Below, piece by piece: positions 24,440 through 37,672 of a stretch of 64,000 nucleotides of DNA. Source of the stretch: Octopus sinensis (taxonomy: Eukaryota). The notes under the pieces were generated by a model, which had not been told where the DNA came from, did not search any database, and saw only the letters and a list, made by a program, of their open reading frames with translations. The stretch covers positions 187,054,001 through 187,118,000 of the forward strand of contig NC_042997.1 in NCBI RefSeq assembly GCF_006345805.1. The letters run 5' to 3'. A program made the position numbers and the translations under genes. The stretch's first letter is position 1, and each line of letters opens with the position of its first letter.

Positions 24440-25480
24440 AACCATCTTCTCTGCCCGATAATCCCAGGAGGGTGTTAGAAGAAGAGTCCTCAAGCACCCT
24501 ATCATTGGGTTCTGTCAGAAGCAAGCACCATTAGAATTTCTGGCTAGATTTCCAAGCATGACCAACTGAAACTATGACCAAGTTTGATCAACTGAGACTA
24601 TCTCATTCTTGGTCTACCCCTAGGTCTCCTGCTGGTTAGTTTGGCTTGAAGAATCATTCTTGCAATCCTTCCCTGCAACATTCTAACCCATAGGACTGGA
24701 GCTGTGACCTATCAATGTGCAGAAGATGTAGCTTGACCTGGAGAGTGTCCTTGATCTCAGAGCTATGATGTGTGCCTTATTGAGTAATATTACTCCAGAG
24801 ATTCTTTGGGGAATCCCATTTTGGCTGCTTGTACTCTTATGGTTGCTACCATCATTTATGACTGTAGGTGAAGATGGGCACAAAAATTGAATTGAACGGA
24901 GCGAGGCTGGTTTTTTAATTTTTTATCAAACTCCTTTCTTCTGATGACTGAATGCTGAACCTGCAAATATAACATCTAATTCAACCTCTTGCTTTCTGTG
25001 ACTTGTGAATATGACCCCGAGATACTTAAACTTCTCCACTTGTTGCATTGAAAAGACTTTCTTGAGAGGACCAATGTCTCAGTCTTTGCAGTACTAATTC
25101 TCAACACTGCATTGCAGTGATTGGCAGCAAACTCATTCAGTACATGCCAAATTCACCTGATAAGCTAAGTAATACCATGTCACCTGCAAATATCAGCTGA
25201 CTGATCCTACACCCACTGATTGTGACCCTACTTCCACAACAGCTGTACAATTCAGTTCATACAAAAGAAGTCAACAAAAGACTTGATCTTTCCCTTGAAC
25301 CCCAAAATTATAAGGTCAAGTAGCTCTTCTTCCTCACTCAATGAAAGGAGAGTACTCCTTCAGACATCCAGAAACTCAACAAGAATAACTGCAACATCTG
25401 CAAAATCCAGGTTAGTAATCCTAATTTCACCAGTGAGCGCTCCACAACTCAAGTGAGCCACCATCTGACCCAGTTCATAC
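24440..25480 (-). mobile_element. Decayed RTE-clade LINE (RT and C-terminal relic)
   Basis: Minus-strand peptides LIFAGDM and LDFADV (xADD-like), RISTAKT, QQVEKFKYLG and RRPRGRP, with many disablements. Confidence 0.7.
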
Positions 25481-25585
25481 AGACATATTTTGATTAGGTA
25501 TAGGACTAATTTTTGGTCTTCCTGTCTCTTTTACTCTTTTACAGTCATTTGACTGTGGCCATGCTGGAGCCCTGCCTTTTGTAAT

Positions 25586-25703
25586 ACTTACAGCACCTAG
25601 GTTTCCCAAGTGGTCACCCATCTAAATACTAACTGGGCTCGACGTTGCTTAACTTCGGTGATCAGACGAGAATTGGTGCTTTCAACGTGATATGATCGTT
25701 ATT
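25586..25703 (-). pseudogene. 5S rRNA pseudogene (near full length)
   Basis: Reverse complement ACGATCATATCACGTTGAAAGCACCAATTCTCGTCTGATCACCGAAGTTAAGCAACGTCGAGCCCAGTTAGTATTTAGATGGGTGACCACTTGGGAAACCTAGGTGCTGTAAG follows metazoan 5S, including box A and box C. It has several transitions, a degraded 5' end and no oligo-T terminator. Confidence 0.9.
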
Positions 25704-26388
25704 TGCTTACTGTGATTTTTTCCTTTATATCAATTTTTATCATAGTGTTGTAAAAAAAAGAAGTATAAAGGTAGTATTACTGATAATTATTTTCTTGATC
25801 TATCAAGAGATGAACTCAGATTAAAAGCAAAAGAAAAAAACAAACCACAGAACTAAATTTTGTAAAGTACCTAATAACCTAATAACTCTGAGAACTTTAC
25901 TGTTTATTTTATTTTAAGAATTTGTTTTGCAGTAGAATGCTCTTTCAAAAAAAAAAAAAAATGAAAAGATGAAAAGCAAAATGAAAAATAAAGAAAGGGT
26001 TCTTATCTTCAATTAGGTCTGGCCAATAAAAAAGAAAAGGTGAGTAAATAAAGACGAGATAATGAAAAAAATGTCCATGCTTTTATTTGATCTGCAGAAA
26101 AGCAGCTAAATCTTGCACAAACCACAACCTATAATCTCAATAAATGAAAGATACATTGGATAATATAGACTTAGCTGCACTCCCTATAGCTTAAAATATA
26201 TGGTACAGAGTGCTCAACCTGAATTTGAGTGGTACAGGGTTTGATTCTCAGTAACGGCTTCTAAGAGTATTTACCTGATCTTCTAAACTGTTTTGCATTT
26301 GAGATTTTCTTTATTTTCTGTAAAATACCAACTCACTTGGCACTTTAAAGTTTCTTTATATATATATGTATATGTGTATGTATGTATG

Positions 26389-26459
<71 letters not shown>

Positions 26460-26462
<3 letters not shown>

Positions 26463-26660
26463 ATTATTATTATTATTGAATGAGAGAGCAGTGCATTCCA
26501 TCAAAGTGACACTTGGGTACAAAGATATGAAGCCCAATATAACCATCATGACTATCCATCTGATAAGGGTACACTAGGCACATGCATCACAACCATATGT
26601 CTGTAACATGGTGATTTCATATAAAGATAAACAGTGCATGGCCTTGCAGGTGGGGCCCTG
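26460..26660 (-). mobile_element. 3' end of the TAA-associated retroelement seen at 56031-56570
   Basis: Reverse complement of 56388-56580, ending in (TAA)n. Confidence 0.7.
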
Positions 26661-26931
26661 GGATATGTAATACACTGCCTAAATATCAATCTTGAGAAAT
26701 TAGGCTTCTTAAAACCAGAAAGGAGAAAGCTGATTTGAAAACTACAGATCAAACCCATCATTGAAATTGTAAGAATCTGTAAAACTTAGCAAAGTTCATC
26801 ATTTAAGTATATATGACAATATATAGATATGCAAGTATATGCATTAGAATACATACATAAAATAAAACATACAAATCTGAACATATACATACATACATAC
26901 ATACATACATGCATGCATGCATGCATGCATG

Positions 26932-26963
<32 letters not shown>

Positions 26964-28043
26964 CCCTGTTGTTGATGTTGAAATTCCAATGAAGGAGCCT
27001 TAGATCTAGGTTAGAAATCGGCTCTTTCTCTATTGGCAAGAAATCTTGGAATAAAACTGAATAATGACATACATGCATGTATGCTGACAGATAGACAGAC
27101 AGACATGAGAATTATAAACATCACAATAATTTTCCTAATTTAAGAATGTTATGTGATTAAATTGAAATAAAATACATCTTGTACAAGTAAACATAATCTG
27201 ATAAGAGACAAAATCTATGATTTTGCAGCAACAATTTCTTGTATTTTAACTATCTGATAAATATATTTAAGCTATTGTTTCAATGGGTTGTGGGGAAATT
27301 CAATGTTAATCAGTGCCTATAACAGTTATGCTGATATCAGCATATGCTGGACATTGTAGTGGGGGGAGCAATGATAGTAATTACACTTGATCAAGCTACT
27401 TTGGGACAAATTTACTGATAAATTTGAAGACTATCAAAAAGATAATTTGCCAGTTGAATGAATGGGTAAGTGGAATGGAATTTTGTAGGGTGAGATAATA
27501 GAATAAGATAACAATTTTTCTTTTTGCCTTTTCTTCTTAAAGTTGTTGAAATTTATGAAGGATAGGGGTATGTGTAAATTGATTGGTTGTAATGTGGAAT
27601 AAGGGTGGGCTAGACCAGGACAAGAAATGACTTGGAGTAAAGGACGGGTAACATTACAAGGAAGATGGAGAATGACAGGCAAGTCTTGTAAAAGAGAACA
27701 TGGTGAAGGGTTAGGACAAAGAGGGCATTGAGAAGTGTATGTATACTTTTCCCCAACTCTAAAGGAAGGGAGTAAAGAAGCTGCTGAAAAGGATGAAGGA
27801 GGCCTTGATGGGTGGCAATCTGATAACAATAAAACAAAAATAACATCTCATGTAACCTCAACCCCAAACTGTATGAGGTTGGAAAAAGAGTAAAGAATGG
27901 AAGTTCGGTCTTGGTGGGTGATTTCTGGCTAGTTTTCTGGTTAAATTTACGAAGGAAATACAATAAGATGGAAGTGAGGGATTCTTGGTGGAGAGAGAAG
28001 AATTGTGGCATGTGAGAGAAAGGAAAGAAACTAAGAAATGTAT

Positions 28044-28046
<3 letters not shown>

Positions 28047-28091
<45 letters not shown>

Positions 28092-29570
28092 GCGTATTTT
28101 ATAATGCATAGCAAAATCTTACATAAAATTAGTGTATTGTCAATGAACATTTTTAAAAGGAAATTCTTTTTTTTCTCCTTTCCCGCTTACCTTTTTAGAA
28201 AGACAGAGTAAGACAAATAAATATATGTAGAGATAGATAGATAGATAGTGAGAGAGAGAGAGAGAGAGGGGGGAGTAGAGAAGAGGACAATGGGAAAATT
28301 AGGGTAGAAGAGAAATTGGGGGGAAATGAGAAAACAGAAAGTGAAGGGAGGATAAATGTAACGAAATATTGGAAGCAAAGATGTGTGTGAAAGAAGAAAC
28401 AAAAATGGGAAATGAGATAGATCTGGTGACAGAAGAAGCAATGATATACAAGAGCATGAAATGGAACAGGTCTTGTGACAGAATGGTGCTCAAAAGAAGG
28501 AGACAGAGTACATCTGGCGAGAGAACCAGCTGCAATACACATAAGCATGAAAAAGAAAGTGGTTTGGTATGAGAGACAGCTGTGGTACACATAAAAGAAT
28601 GGAGCGGAGGAGATATGTGACAGACAGCTGTAACGTGCATAAGTTTGGTGACAGAGCTTTGTGTGATCCTACAAGCATGCCCTATCCATTATGTGGCAAG
28701 ATGCAAAAAAAAAAAAAATTAAAAAATGAAAAAAAAAAAAAAACTAAAACCAAAAAATGCCCCCAAAAACACGAAGCTAACATCAGGATGTTCTGCATAT
28801 GTTAGCAGCAAAATTCCTAAAAGATTATAATCTTTCATCGTATTCCCCTTTAGAGCAACCACAAAACCTTTCTTTTATTCCCCACCCATGAACATTTTCT
28901 TGGTGGTGCTTTGTATTTGAAACCTCATATTAGTCATAGCATCAAGGGAATTATTGCTACCAGCAACTCTGGGTTAGTAAAAACAACATTTATACTGCCC
29001 CACCCCTCTTTTATTTAGTATCCATAAACACATTCTTCCTGCTTTTGTGGGTATTTTCAACTCTGGCTCACTAGCTTTATTGTTAATTTATTTTTTTTTT
29101 TTCTTTGCAAATTTTAAATATTTTAAAAAATTTTATTTTATTCAGTATCTGAAATATGCAATTTCTAGTTGATAATTCTTGTAAATAATGTGGTTTTATT
29201 CTATTTTCTTGGCTATTTTGATTTTGTTTGGCATGGCAGTTTCCTGCTCTGGAAACTAGTTAAAGATTTTCGCAGTGAATTTAAAAGAAAAAAAAAAAAA
29301 GGAAGCAAATAAAATGTTAATTGGTTGAACTGCTGTTATGTACAGCAGTGCCACCACATTGCTCACACCAATCATGCCAAAACAAAACACATTTTTCTTT
29401 TTGCCAGCACAACCTTCTCTAAACTTCCCTACTTCTTCAACTGCTTCGATTGTTATTGCCACTATTATTGCAAATATTATCACTCCATAAAAAATATTTG
29501 CGATACAATAATGAACAGTAAGATATAGGGGAAAGAAAATAAAAATAAGACAGTGAATAAATAAAGAGAG

Positions 29571-29620
<50 letters not shown>

Positions 29621-31094
29621 GCGTATTTTATAATGCATAGCAAAATCTTACATAAAATTAGTGTATTGTCAATGAACATTTTTAAAAGGAAATTCTTTTT
29701 TTTCTCCTTTCCCGCTTACCTTTTTAGAAAGACAGAGTAAGACAAATAAATATATGTAGAGATAGATAGATAGATAGTGAGAGAGAGAGAGAGAGAGAGG
29801 GGGGAGTAGAGAAGAGGACAATGGGAAAATTAGGGTAGAAGAGAAATTGGGGGGAAATGAGAAAACAGAAAGTGAAGGGAGGATAAATGTAACGAAATAT
29901 TGGAAGCAAAGATGTGTGTGAAAGAAGAAACAAAAATGGGAAATGAGATAGATCTGGTGACAGAAGAAGCAATGATATACAAGAGCATGAAATGGAACAG
30001 GTCTTGTGACAGAATGGTGCTCAAAAGAAGGAGACAGAGTACATCTGGCGAGAGAACCAGCTGCAATACACATAAGCATGAAAAAGAAAGTGGTTTGGTA
30101 TGAGAGACAGCTGTGGTACACATAAAAGAATGGAGCGGAGGAGATATGTGACAGACAGCTGTAACGTGCATAAGTTTGGTGACAGAGCTTTGTGTGATCC
30201 TACAAGCATGCCCTATCCATTATGTGGCAAGATGCAAAAAAAAAAAATTAAAAAATGAAAAAAAAAAAAAAAAAACTAAAACCAAAAAATGCCCCCAAAA
30301 ACACGAAGCTAACATCAGGATGTTCTGCATATGTTAGCAGCAAAATTCCTAAAAGATTATAATCTTTCATCGTATTCCCCTTTAGAGCAACCACAAAACC
30401 TTTCTTTTATTCCCCACCCATGAACATTTTCTTGGTGGTGCTTTGTATTTGAAACCTCATATTAGTCATAGCATCAAGGGAATTATTGCTACCAGCAACT
30501 CTGGGTTAGTAAAAACAACATTTATACTGCCCCACCCCTCTTTTATTTAGTATCCATAAACACATTCTTCCTGCTTTTGTGGGTATTTTCAACTCTGGCT
30601 CACTAGCTTTATTGTTAATTTATTTTTTTTTTTTTCTTTGCAAATTTTAAATATTTTAAAAAATTTTATTTTATTCAGTATCTGAAATATGCAATTTCTA
30701 GTTGATAATTCTTGTAAATAATGTGGTTTTATTCTATTTTCTTGGCTATTTTGATTTTGTTTGGCATGGCAGTTTCCTGCTCTGGAAACTAGTTAAAGAT
30801 TTTCGCAGTGAATTTAAAAGAAAAAAAAAAAAGGAAGCAAATAAAATGTTAATTGGTTGAACTGCTGTTATGTACAGCAGTGCCACCACATTGCTCACAC
30901 CAATCATGCCAAAACAAAACACATTTTTCTTTTTGCCAGCACAACCTTCTCTAAACTTCCCTACTTCTTCAACTGCTTCGATTGTTATTGCCACTATTAT
31001 TGCAAATATTATCACTCCATAAAAAATATTTGCGATACAATAATGAACAGTAAGATATAGGGGAAAGAAAATAAAAATAAGACAGTGAATAAAT

Positions 31095-31130
<36 letters not shown>
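28047..31130. repeat. Tandem duplication, 2 x about 1.53 kb, bounded by (GA)n
   Basis: Identical ORF pair offset by 1531 nt (28369 vs 29900). The differences I could see are only in homopolymer or microsatellite lengths. Confidence 0.95.
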
Positions 31131-31132
<2 letters not shown>

Positions 31133-31861
31133 AGAGGGCAGAAAATAAAATTTCCTAGAAGACTGCTGGCAATATAGTAGATTTATGTACAATTTTGGTA
31201 AACATTAAAAAAGAATAATAATGATAAAAAAATAGAAACTTTTGGTGAAATATTTAAAAGACAACTCTGGTGGGGTGGGGGAGAAAGCCAGAAATAACGA
31301 TATCTATCAGAGATGTCTTACAAGTGCAGCAAATTATTCTTTTTTCTTCTCCTAAATAAAAATCAATATGTGCCTCTGAAATTAGATGTACTAACAACCA
31401 AAGTATCACTAATTTCCGGTTTTTATGGAGTTCTTAGCTAACACAGCTGCTTGACACACTGAGATGTTCAAGTTAAAGATAATTGACATAGCAGGTGGAA
31501 GATCAGTAAATTAGGGTTACTTTACTACCTACCTCCAACTTGAACTTAATTTACTTTTGGCTTTGCATACATAGAAAAAAAAATTAAATCCTGAACTTAT
31601 AATTATTTGAATATATCAGTATTAAGTTCAGTGTCCAAAGCAAAGATGTACAAAAGCACATCTTCAACATGTTGTTGCGTACATTAATATTCAAATCACT
31701 TTCTCCACTAGTTTTTGCCACCTTTTAAAAATCTCTACAACAGTGGTTCCAAAAGTACTGCCCTGCTAGGGGTGAAGGTAGGCTTTGAAGAAAAGTGTAG
31801 TGATAATGAGGTGGTCAAAAGGGGGTGATGGATGTAGAAAACCCCAAAATAGTTGGTTGGT

Positions 31862-32175
31862 TATTCTTTTATTTGTTTCACTCATTTGACTGCAGCCATG
31901 CTGGAGCACCGCCTTTAGTCGAACAAATCGATGCCAGGCTGAACCACTAAGTTACAGGGACGTAAACACACCAACATTGATTGTCAAGCAATGGTTGGGG
32001 GACAAACACAGACACAAAAACATATATATATATATAAATTATTATAATTATAAACATAATTATAATAATTTTTGTATAAGTTTACTGATAATGGTTCTTT
32101 TAACATACCAAACTACTTGGTAAGATTATCAATTATAAATTGATTAATTAATTTTACCCTTTATTATTATTGATA

Positions 32176-32221
<46 letters not shown>

Positions 32222-32600
32222 TAAATCCTCAAAATAATGAAGAACAAACACAACACGAAAAAAACAACAATGTGAGGACGTGGTACATGCAAAGTATTAG
32301 CAGATGCTCAGGGAAGGAATGAAAGGTAGTTTTTATGTTTCAAGCAAAGCTCTTTGTCATAAACAGGAGACAGAGGAAAGTCCAAGATATTTCTGCACCT
32401 TGATTGTGAATCATATATATATATATATATATATATGATGGGTTTCTTTCAGTTTCCATCTACCAAATCCACTCACAAAGCTTTGGTCAGCCCGAGGCTA
32501 TAGTAGAAGACACTTGCCCAAAGTACCAATGCAGTAGACAGAGCCCAGAACCATGTGGTTGGTAAGCAACCTACTTACCACACAGCCACTCCTGTGCCTA
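31862..32600 (-). mobile_element. Family C SINE, interrupted within its microsatellite
   Basis: Tail at 31862-32025, head at 32435-32600. Confidence 0.8.
32220..32410 (-). mobile_element. Copy of the ~230-nt hammerhead-bearing repeat (degenerate)
   Basis: Homologous to 45965-46160. Reverse complement reads GTTTATGACAAAGAGCTTTGCTTGAAACATAAAAAC at the ribozyme position. Confidence 0.55.
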
Positions 32601-33747
32601 GTTTAAGTTTTAGGTTAAAAATAAAAAGATATTTGTGTACAAATGGAAAAATGTATTTGTCCTTGGATGTTTGTGTGACAACTGTCATGCATAACTACAC
32701 TTGTTTCACAAAACCACTTGACTTGTTCATTTAACATCAATACCACCATACATTGACTGGTATAGGTTGCAAAGAAGTTGGAGAAGTTTTGTGGATTTGA
32801 ATTTGTTGCAGAAAGTGGTCTATGTTTGTGGTGGTAAGTGGAAGGGAGGTAGCCCTAGGCATGTGGCCCATGTGCCAAGGGGTGGAGATTGAAAGAGTTT
32901 GGGAATCACTGCTCTGTAGCATAGCCTTTCTTGAACATTTTTCTTTTTGGACTAATTCACTGAACCAGGTTAATGCACAAAATATAGATAGACGAGCGGT
33001 AATCTCATACAATCATTTCATCTCTTTGAAGTGAAAATGTCAAATAGAGTCAAGCTATTGCTGTTTACTTTCTAATTTAAAAAAAAAAAAAAAGAAAAAG
33101 AAACCCTAGCAAATTTTTCCTATCATAGAAACACTCAATGCTTTGATCTAATTATTTTATTTCCTTAAATTACTTCTAACATCAATTTGTGCTAGATACT
33201 CCATGCATAAACAGATACATACAAAGGAAAAAAGGATTGTCCTTTTGCAATATCAATTTAAAAACAAAAAATTAAGATGTATGGAAAGTGATGCACTAAT
33301 CAATTTGTCAATTTTAGTCATTCTTTTCCCATTACTTTTTTTATTTGTGTTTTAATTCCACTTACCTCTTCTTCATTTCATTTAAACAGATATAGTAACA
33401 GAGTAACCAAATAGCATGAATGGCACCGTTTCCTATAGGTATTTATAACAGAGAAATCAATGCCTTTGTTTTTCTAATTTTAGTTTATTTGTCTCTGTTG
33501 CACTCTCTGTCAGTGTCTCTATTTCTCTGTCTATTTGAACTATCTCTCAACTAGTGACATTAAGACAGAAAACAATGACATTGCCCATGAAACAAAACAT
33601 CCAAAATATATAAACTTCTTCCTCTGATGTCCAGTTAATATTCTGTGTATTTGTCAACAAAAGAGTTTCGTCTAATCATAGCTGAAAACAAACAATTTGA
33701 TACCAGAACCTGACCATTGCAAAATTGCAAATAATGGCAATTCTCCT

Positions 33748-33950
33748 AAATCCACAAAACTTCTCCAGCTTCTTTGCAACCTACACCAGTCGATGTATGG
33801 TGGTATTGATGTTAAGCGAACAAGTCAAGTGGCTTTGTGAATCAAGTGTATATATGCATGACAGTTGTCATACAAACATCAAAGGACAAATACATTTTTC
33901 CATTTGTACGCAAATATCTTTTTATTTTTATTCATGCTTTACATCCATTA
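33748..33950 (-). mobile_element. Inverted partial copy of the hAT element interior
   Basis: Reverse complement of 32617-32799. Confidence 0.8.
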
Positions 33951-34326
33951 CTATTAGCAGTGTGTGGGGTGTAAGTGGGTGGAGAGATAGGGTAATCAGA
34001 TGTTCAGAGGAGAGTCTGCTGTAATGACAGCTATAGAGATAGTGTATACATTTTGATAAATGGATCAGTAAGAGATGGTTTTGTTGGGGAAATTTTTACG
34101 GATAAATAATCCTCCTACTGCTAATAATTCAACCTGTTGGAACTGGTCGTCAGTTAAGTAAACTGAAGCAAGCACAGATATGTGACTTGCTCATCAATAC
34201 AATAAAATAGTTATAATGTAGCTTCAGGCGCTGATCATATGATCCAATAAGTTCGGCCTCTTAGTTTCATTTAACATTATACTTCCCTACATAAATATAG
34301 AACCGGCAGCTGGCATAAATATAGAG

Positions 34327-34557
34327 CGGTGAGCTGGCAGAAACGTTAGCACGCTGGGCGAAATGCTTAGCATTATTTCATCTGTCGCTACGTTCTGAGT
34401 TCAAATTCTGCTGAGGTCGACTTTGCCTTTCATCCTTTCGGGGTCAATAAATTAAGTACCAGTTGTGCACTGGAGTCGATGTAATAGACTTAATCTCTTT
34501 GTCTGTCCTTGATTGTCCCCTCTATGTTTAGCCCCTTGTGAGCAATAAAGAAAAATA
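34327..34557 (+). mobile_element. Full-length family B SINE with TSD
   Basis: AAATATAGAG at 34317-34326 and 34558-34567; tail AGCCCCTTGTGAGCAATAAAG. Confidence 0.85.
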
Positions 34558-34744
34558 AAATATAGAGTCTTCTTCTGAGATGTTACTGAAGAACACTACT
34601 ACAAAGGAGCAAGTGATTAATGGCAATGGGAACAGATCTGTTTTCATGACGACTCCCATATATTTTTAATTGTTTTATAAGTTAGTCAAAGGAAGAGGTG
34701 CAGTAGCTATGTACTTTTCAGGTCCTCCCAGGCAGGTCAGACAG

Positions 34745-34955
34745 AGCATTCAAACCACTCATGTCTGGCCCAAACATCCTACATATTTGATGTTCAGACT
34801 GATTTGGCCTCTCACACCAACCCTACAATGTCATTCTAAAAATACACAATCAAATCGTTAAAATCTTAAAGCTATGAAATAATGCATGACCAATTCAAAA
34901 CAACGTGAATAAATAAGCATAATGTTTGACAGAGAAGTTTGAATGCTAAAGGGTT
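34745..34955. mobile_element. piggyBac-type MITE, family 2 (inverted copy)
   Basis: Ends TTTGAATGCTAAAGGG; homologous to 49056-49276. Confidence 0.65.
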
Positions 34956-35289
34956 TAACACTTCCAGTTTGTTGTCTAAGAAAATCTAAAGCAGAGATGC
35001 AGACAGAAAGAATAGAAGGGCCTAGATCAGTGTTTCTCAGCTATTTTTCACCTATAAACCCCTTTGATTCCTATTTTATATAGATGGGCCCTCCTAAATA
35101 TTCTATGTTTAAAAATTTTATACTCTTGCTCTTTACTCTTTTACTCTTTACTCTTTTACATGTTTCAGTCATTTGACTGTGGCCATGCTGGAGCACTGTC
35201 TTTAGTCGAGCAAATCGACCCCAGGACTTATTCTTTGTAAGCCTAGTACTTATTCTATTAGTCTCTTTTGTGTGTGTGTATGTGTGTGT

Positions 35290-35414
35290 GTGGTTCCGGG
35301 TTCAGTTCCACTGCGTGGCCCTTTGGGCAAGTGTCTTCTACTATAGCCTCGGGCCGACCAAAGCCTTGTGAGTGGATTTGGTAGACGGAAACTGGAAGAA
35401 GCCCATCGTATATA

Positions 35415-35494
<80 letters not shown>

Positions 35495-35718
35495 GTGTGT
35501 GTATATGTTTGTGTGTCTGTGTTTGTCCCCCCAACATCGCTTGACAACTGATGCTGGTGTGTTTATGTCCCTGTAACTTAGCGGTTCGGCAAAAGAAACC
35601 GATAGAATAAGTACTAGGCTTACAAAGAATAAGTCCTGGGGTGGGGTCGATTTGCTCGACTAAAGGCGGTGCTCCAGCATGGCAGCAGTCAAATGACTGA
35701 AACAAGTAAAAGAGTAAA
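35290..35718 (+). mobile_element. Family C SINE, preceded by an inverted tail fragment at 35125-35270
   Basis: Family C consensus motifs with internal (TA)n/(TG)n. Confidence 0.85.
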
Positions 35719-36282
35719 GGAGTATTGTTCATTTGTTTGTGTCCTTGAAAAGAGTCTGACAGAATAAGTACAGTACTGTCATTGAATTATTCAGCTAAAT
35801 CGTTCGAGACAATACTCCAGCATGGTCACAGCCCAATAACTGAAACAAGTGAAAAATAAACGATATGCACATGTTCAGAAACAAGGCTTTGAATTCCTTA
35901 AATATCACAGCCAACTTCAATAGACACAAAAACTGTTAATTATATCACATCTGTCCACAATGTGTAAAGTTTGTCGGTCATCATAAAGTGAGGAAACAAT
36001 TTCTGTTGTTTATGTAATGCCCTGGCTTCTCCCACTGTTTTTATACATTTCGATTTACAGGAACAGATGGATTGAGGATTCAAAGTAGAGAATATCCATC
36101 TGGTAAGATGTGAATATATACTGTGTACCATCATCAACCTTCTAATATATATATTAAGTTCTGGGATCATTTCCACTGCATGGCACCTTGTCTTCTACAA
36201 TAGCCTCGGGCTGACCAAAGCCTTGTGAGTGGATTTGGTAGACGGAAACTGAAAGAACCCCATCGTATATATGTATATATGT

Positions 36283-36315
<33 letters not shown>

Positions 36316-36401
36316 TGAGGGAATATTATTCCAAACTTACAGAGAAAAATTCAATTTAGAAATGCTAAATCAAATTTCACAAAATATAACATATATATAT
36401 A

Positions 36402-36464
<63 letters not shown>

Positions 36465-37253
36465 GTGTGTGTATATGTTTGTGTGTCTGTGTTTGTCCCC
36501 CCAACATCGCTTGACAACTGATGCTGGTGTGTTTATGTCCCTGTAACTTAGCGGTTCGGCAAAAGAAACCGATAGAATAAGTACTAGGCTTACAAAGAAT
36601 AAGTCCTGGGGTGGGGTCGATTTGCTCGACTAAAGGCGGTGCTCCAGCATGGCAGCAGTCAAATGACTGAAACAAGTAAAAGAGTAAAGGAGTATTGTTC
36701 ATTTGTTTGTGTCCTTGAAAAGAGTCTGACAGAATAAGTACAGTACTGTCATTGAATTATTCAGCTAAATCGTTCGAGACAATACTCCAGCATGGTCACA
36801 GCCCAATAACTGAAACAAGTGAAAAATAAACGATATGCACATGTTCAGAAACAAGGCTTTGAATTCCTTAAATATCACAGCCAACTTCAATAGACACAAA
36901 AACTGTTAATTATATCACATCTGTCCACAATGTGTAAAGTTTGTCGGTCATCATAAAGTGAGGAAACAATTTCTGTTGTTTATGTAATGCCCTGGCTTCT
37001 CCCACTGTTTTTATACATTTCGATTTACAGGAACAGATGGATTGAGGATTCAAAGTAGAGAATATCCATCTGGTAAGATGTGAATATATACTGTGTACCA
37101 TCATCAACCTTCTAATATATATATTAAGTTCTGGGATCATTTCCACTGCATGGCACCTTGTCTTCTACAATAGCCTCGGGCTGACCAAAGCCTTGTGAGT
37201 GGATTTGGTAGACGGAAACTGAAAGAACCCCATCGTATATATGTATATATGTA

Positions 37254-37288
<35 letters not shown>

Positions 37289-37360
37289 TGAGGGAATATT
37301 ATTCCAAACTTACAGAGAAAAATTCAATTTAGAAATGCTAAATCAAATTTCACCAAATAT

Positions 37361-37395
<35 letters not shown>
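35420..37395. repeat. Tandem duplication, 2 x about 970 bp, bounded by (TA)n
   Basis: Identical ORF pair offset by 970 nt (35940 vs 36910). Confidence 0.93.
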
Positions 37396-37410
<15 letters not shown>

Positions 37411-37672
37411 CGTGTGTGTGTATATATATATATGTATGTGTGTGTGTGTGTGTATGTTGTGTATCTGTGTTTGTCCCCCCAACATCGCTTGACAACCGAT
37501 GGTGGTGTGTTTACGTCCCTGTAACATAGCGGTTCAGCAAAAGAGACTAATAGAATAAGTACTAGGCTTCCAAAGAATAAGTCCTAGGGTCGATTTGCTC
37601 GACTGAAGGCAGTGCTCCAGCATGGCCTCAGTCAAATGACTGAAACAAGTAAAAGATAAAAGAAATAAAAGA

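Larger units (their letters stand above)
31741..32911. mobile_element. hAT (Charlie-like) non-autonomous element with nested insertions
   Basis: TIRs CAGTGGTTCCAAAA / TTTGGGAATCACTG; imperfect 8-bp flanks CTCTACAA / CTCTGTAG. Confidence 0.65.

Noticed and set aside
25586-25703. Functional 5S rRNA gene
   Set aside because: Solitary, multiple helix-disrupting transitions, degraded 5' end and no T-run terminator; treated as a retrocopy.
26975-27030. CCAATGAAGG-AGCCT..AGGTT-AGAAATCGGCTC, hammerhead-like spacing
   Set aside because: CUGA box absent and no valid NUH triplet.
33390-33438. Plus-strand micro-exon with ATG (MNGTVSY); similar 33-nt candidate at 4118-4150
   Set aside because: No downstream coding exon identifiable and stops in all through-frames; likely chance splice-like motifs.
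35250-36702. Recurrent ORFs such as HAGAPPLVEQIDP and ASFSFRLPNPLTRLWSARGYSRRHLP that look like a gene family
   Set aside because: Translations of the family C SINE.
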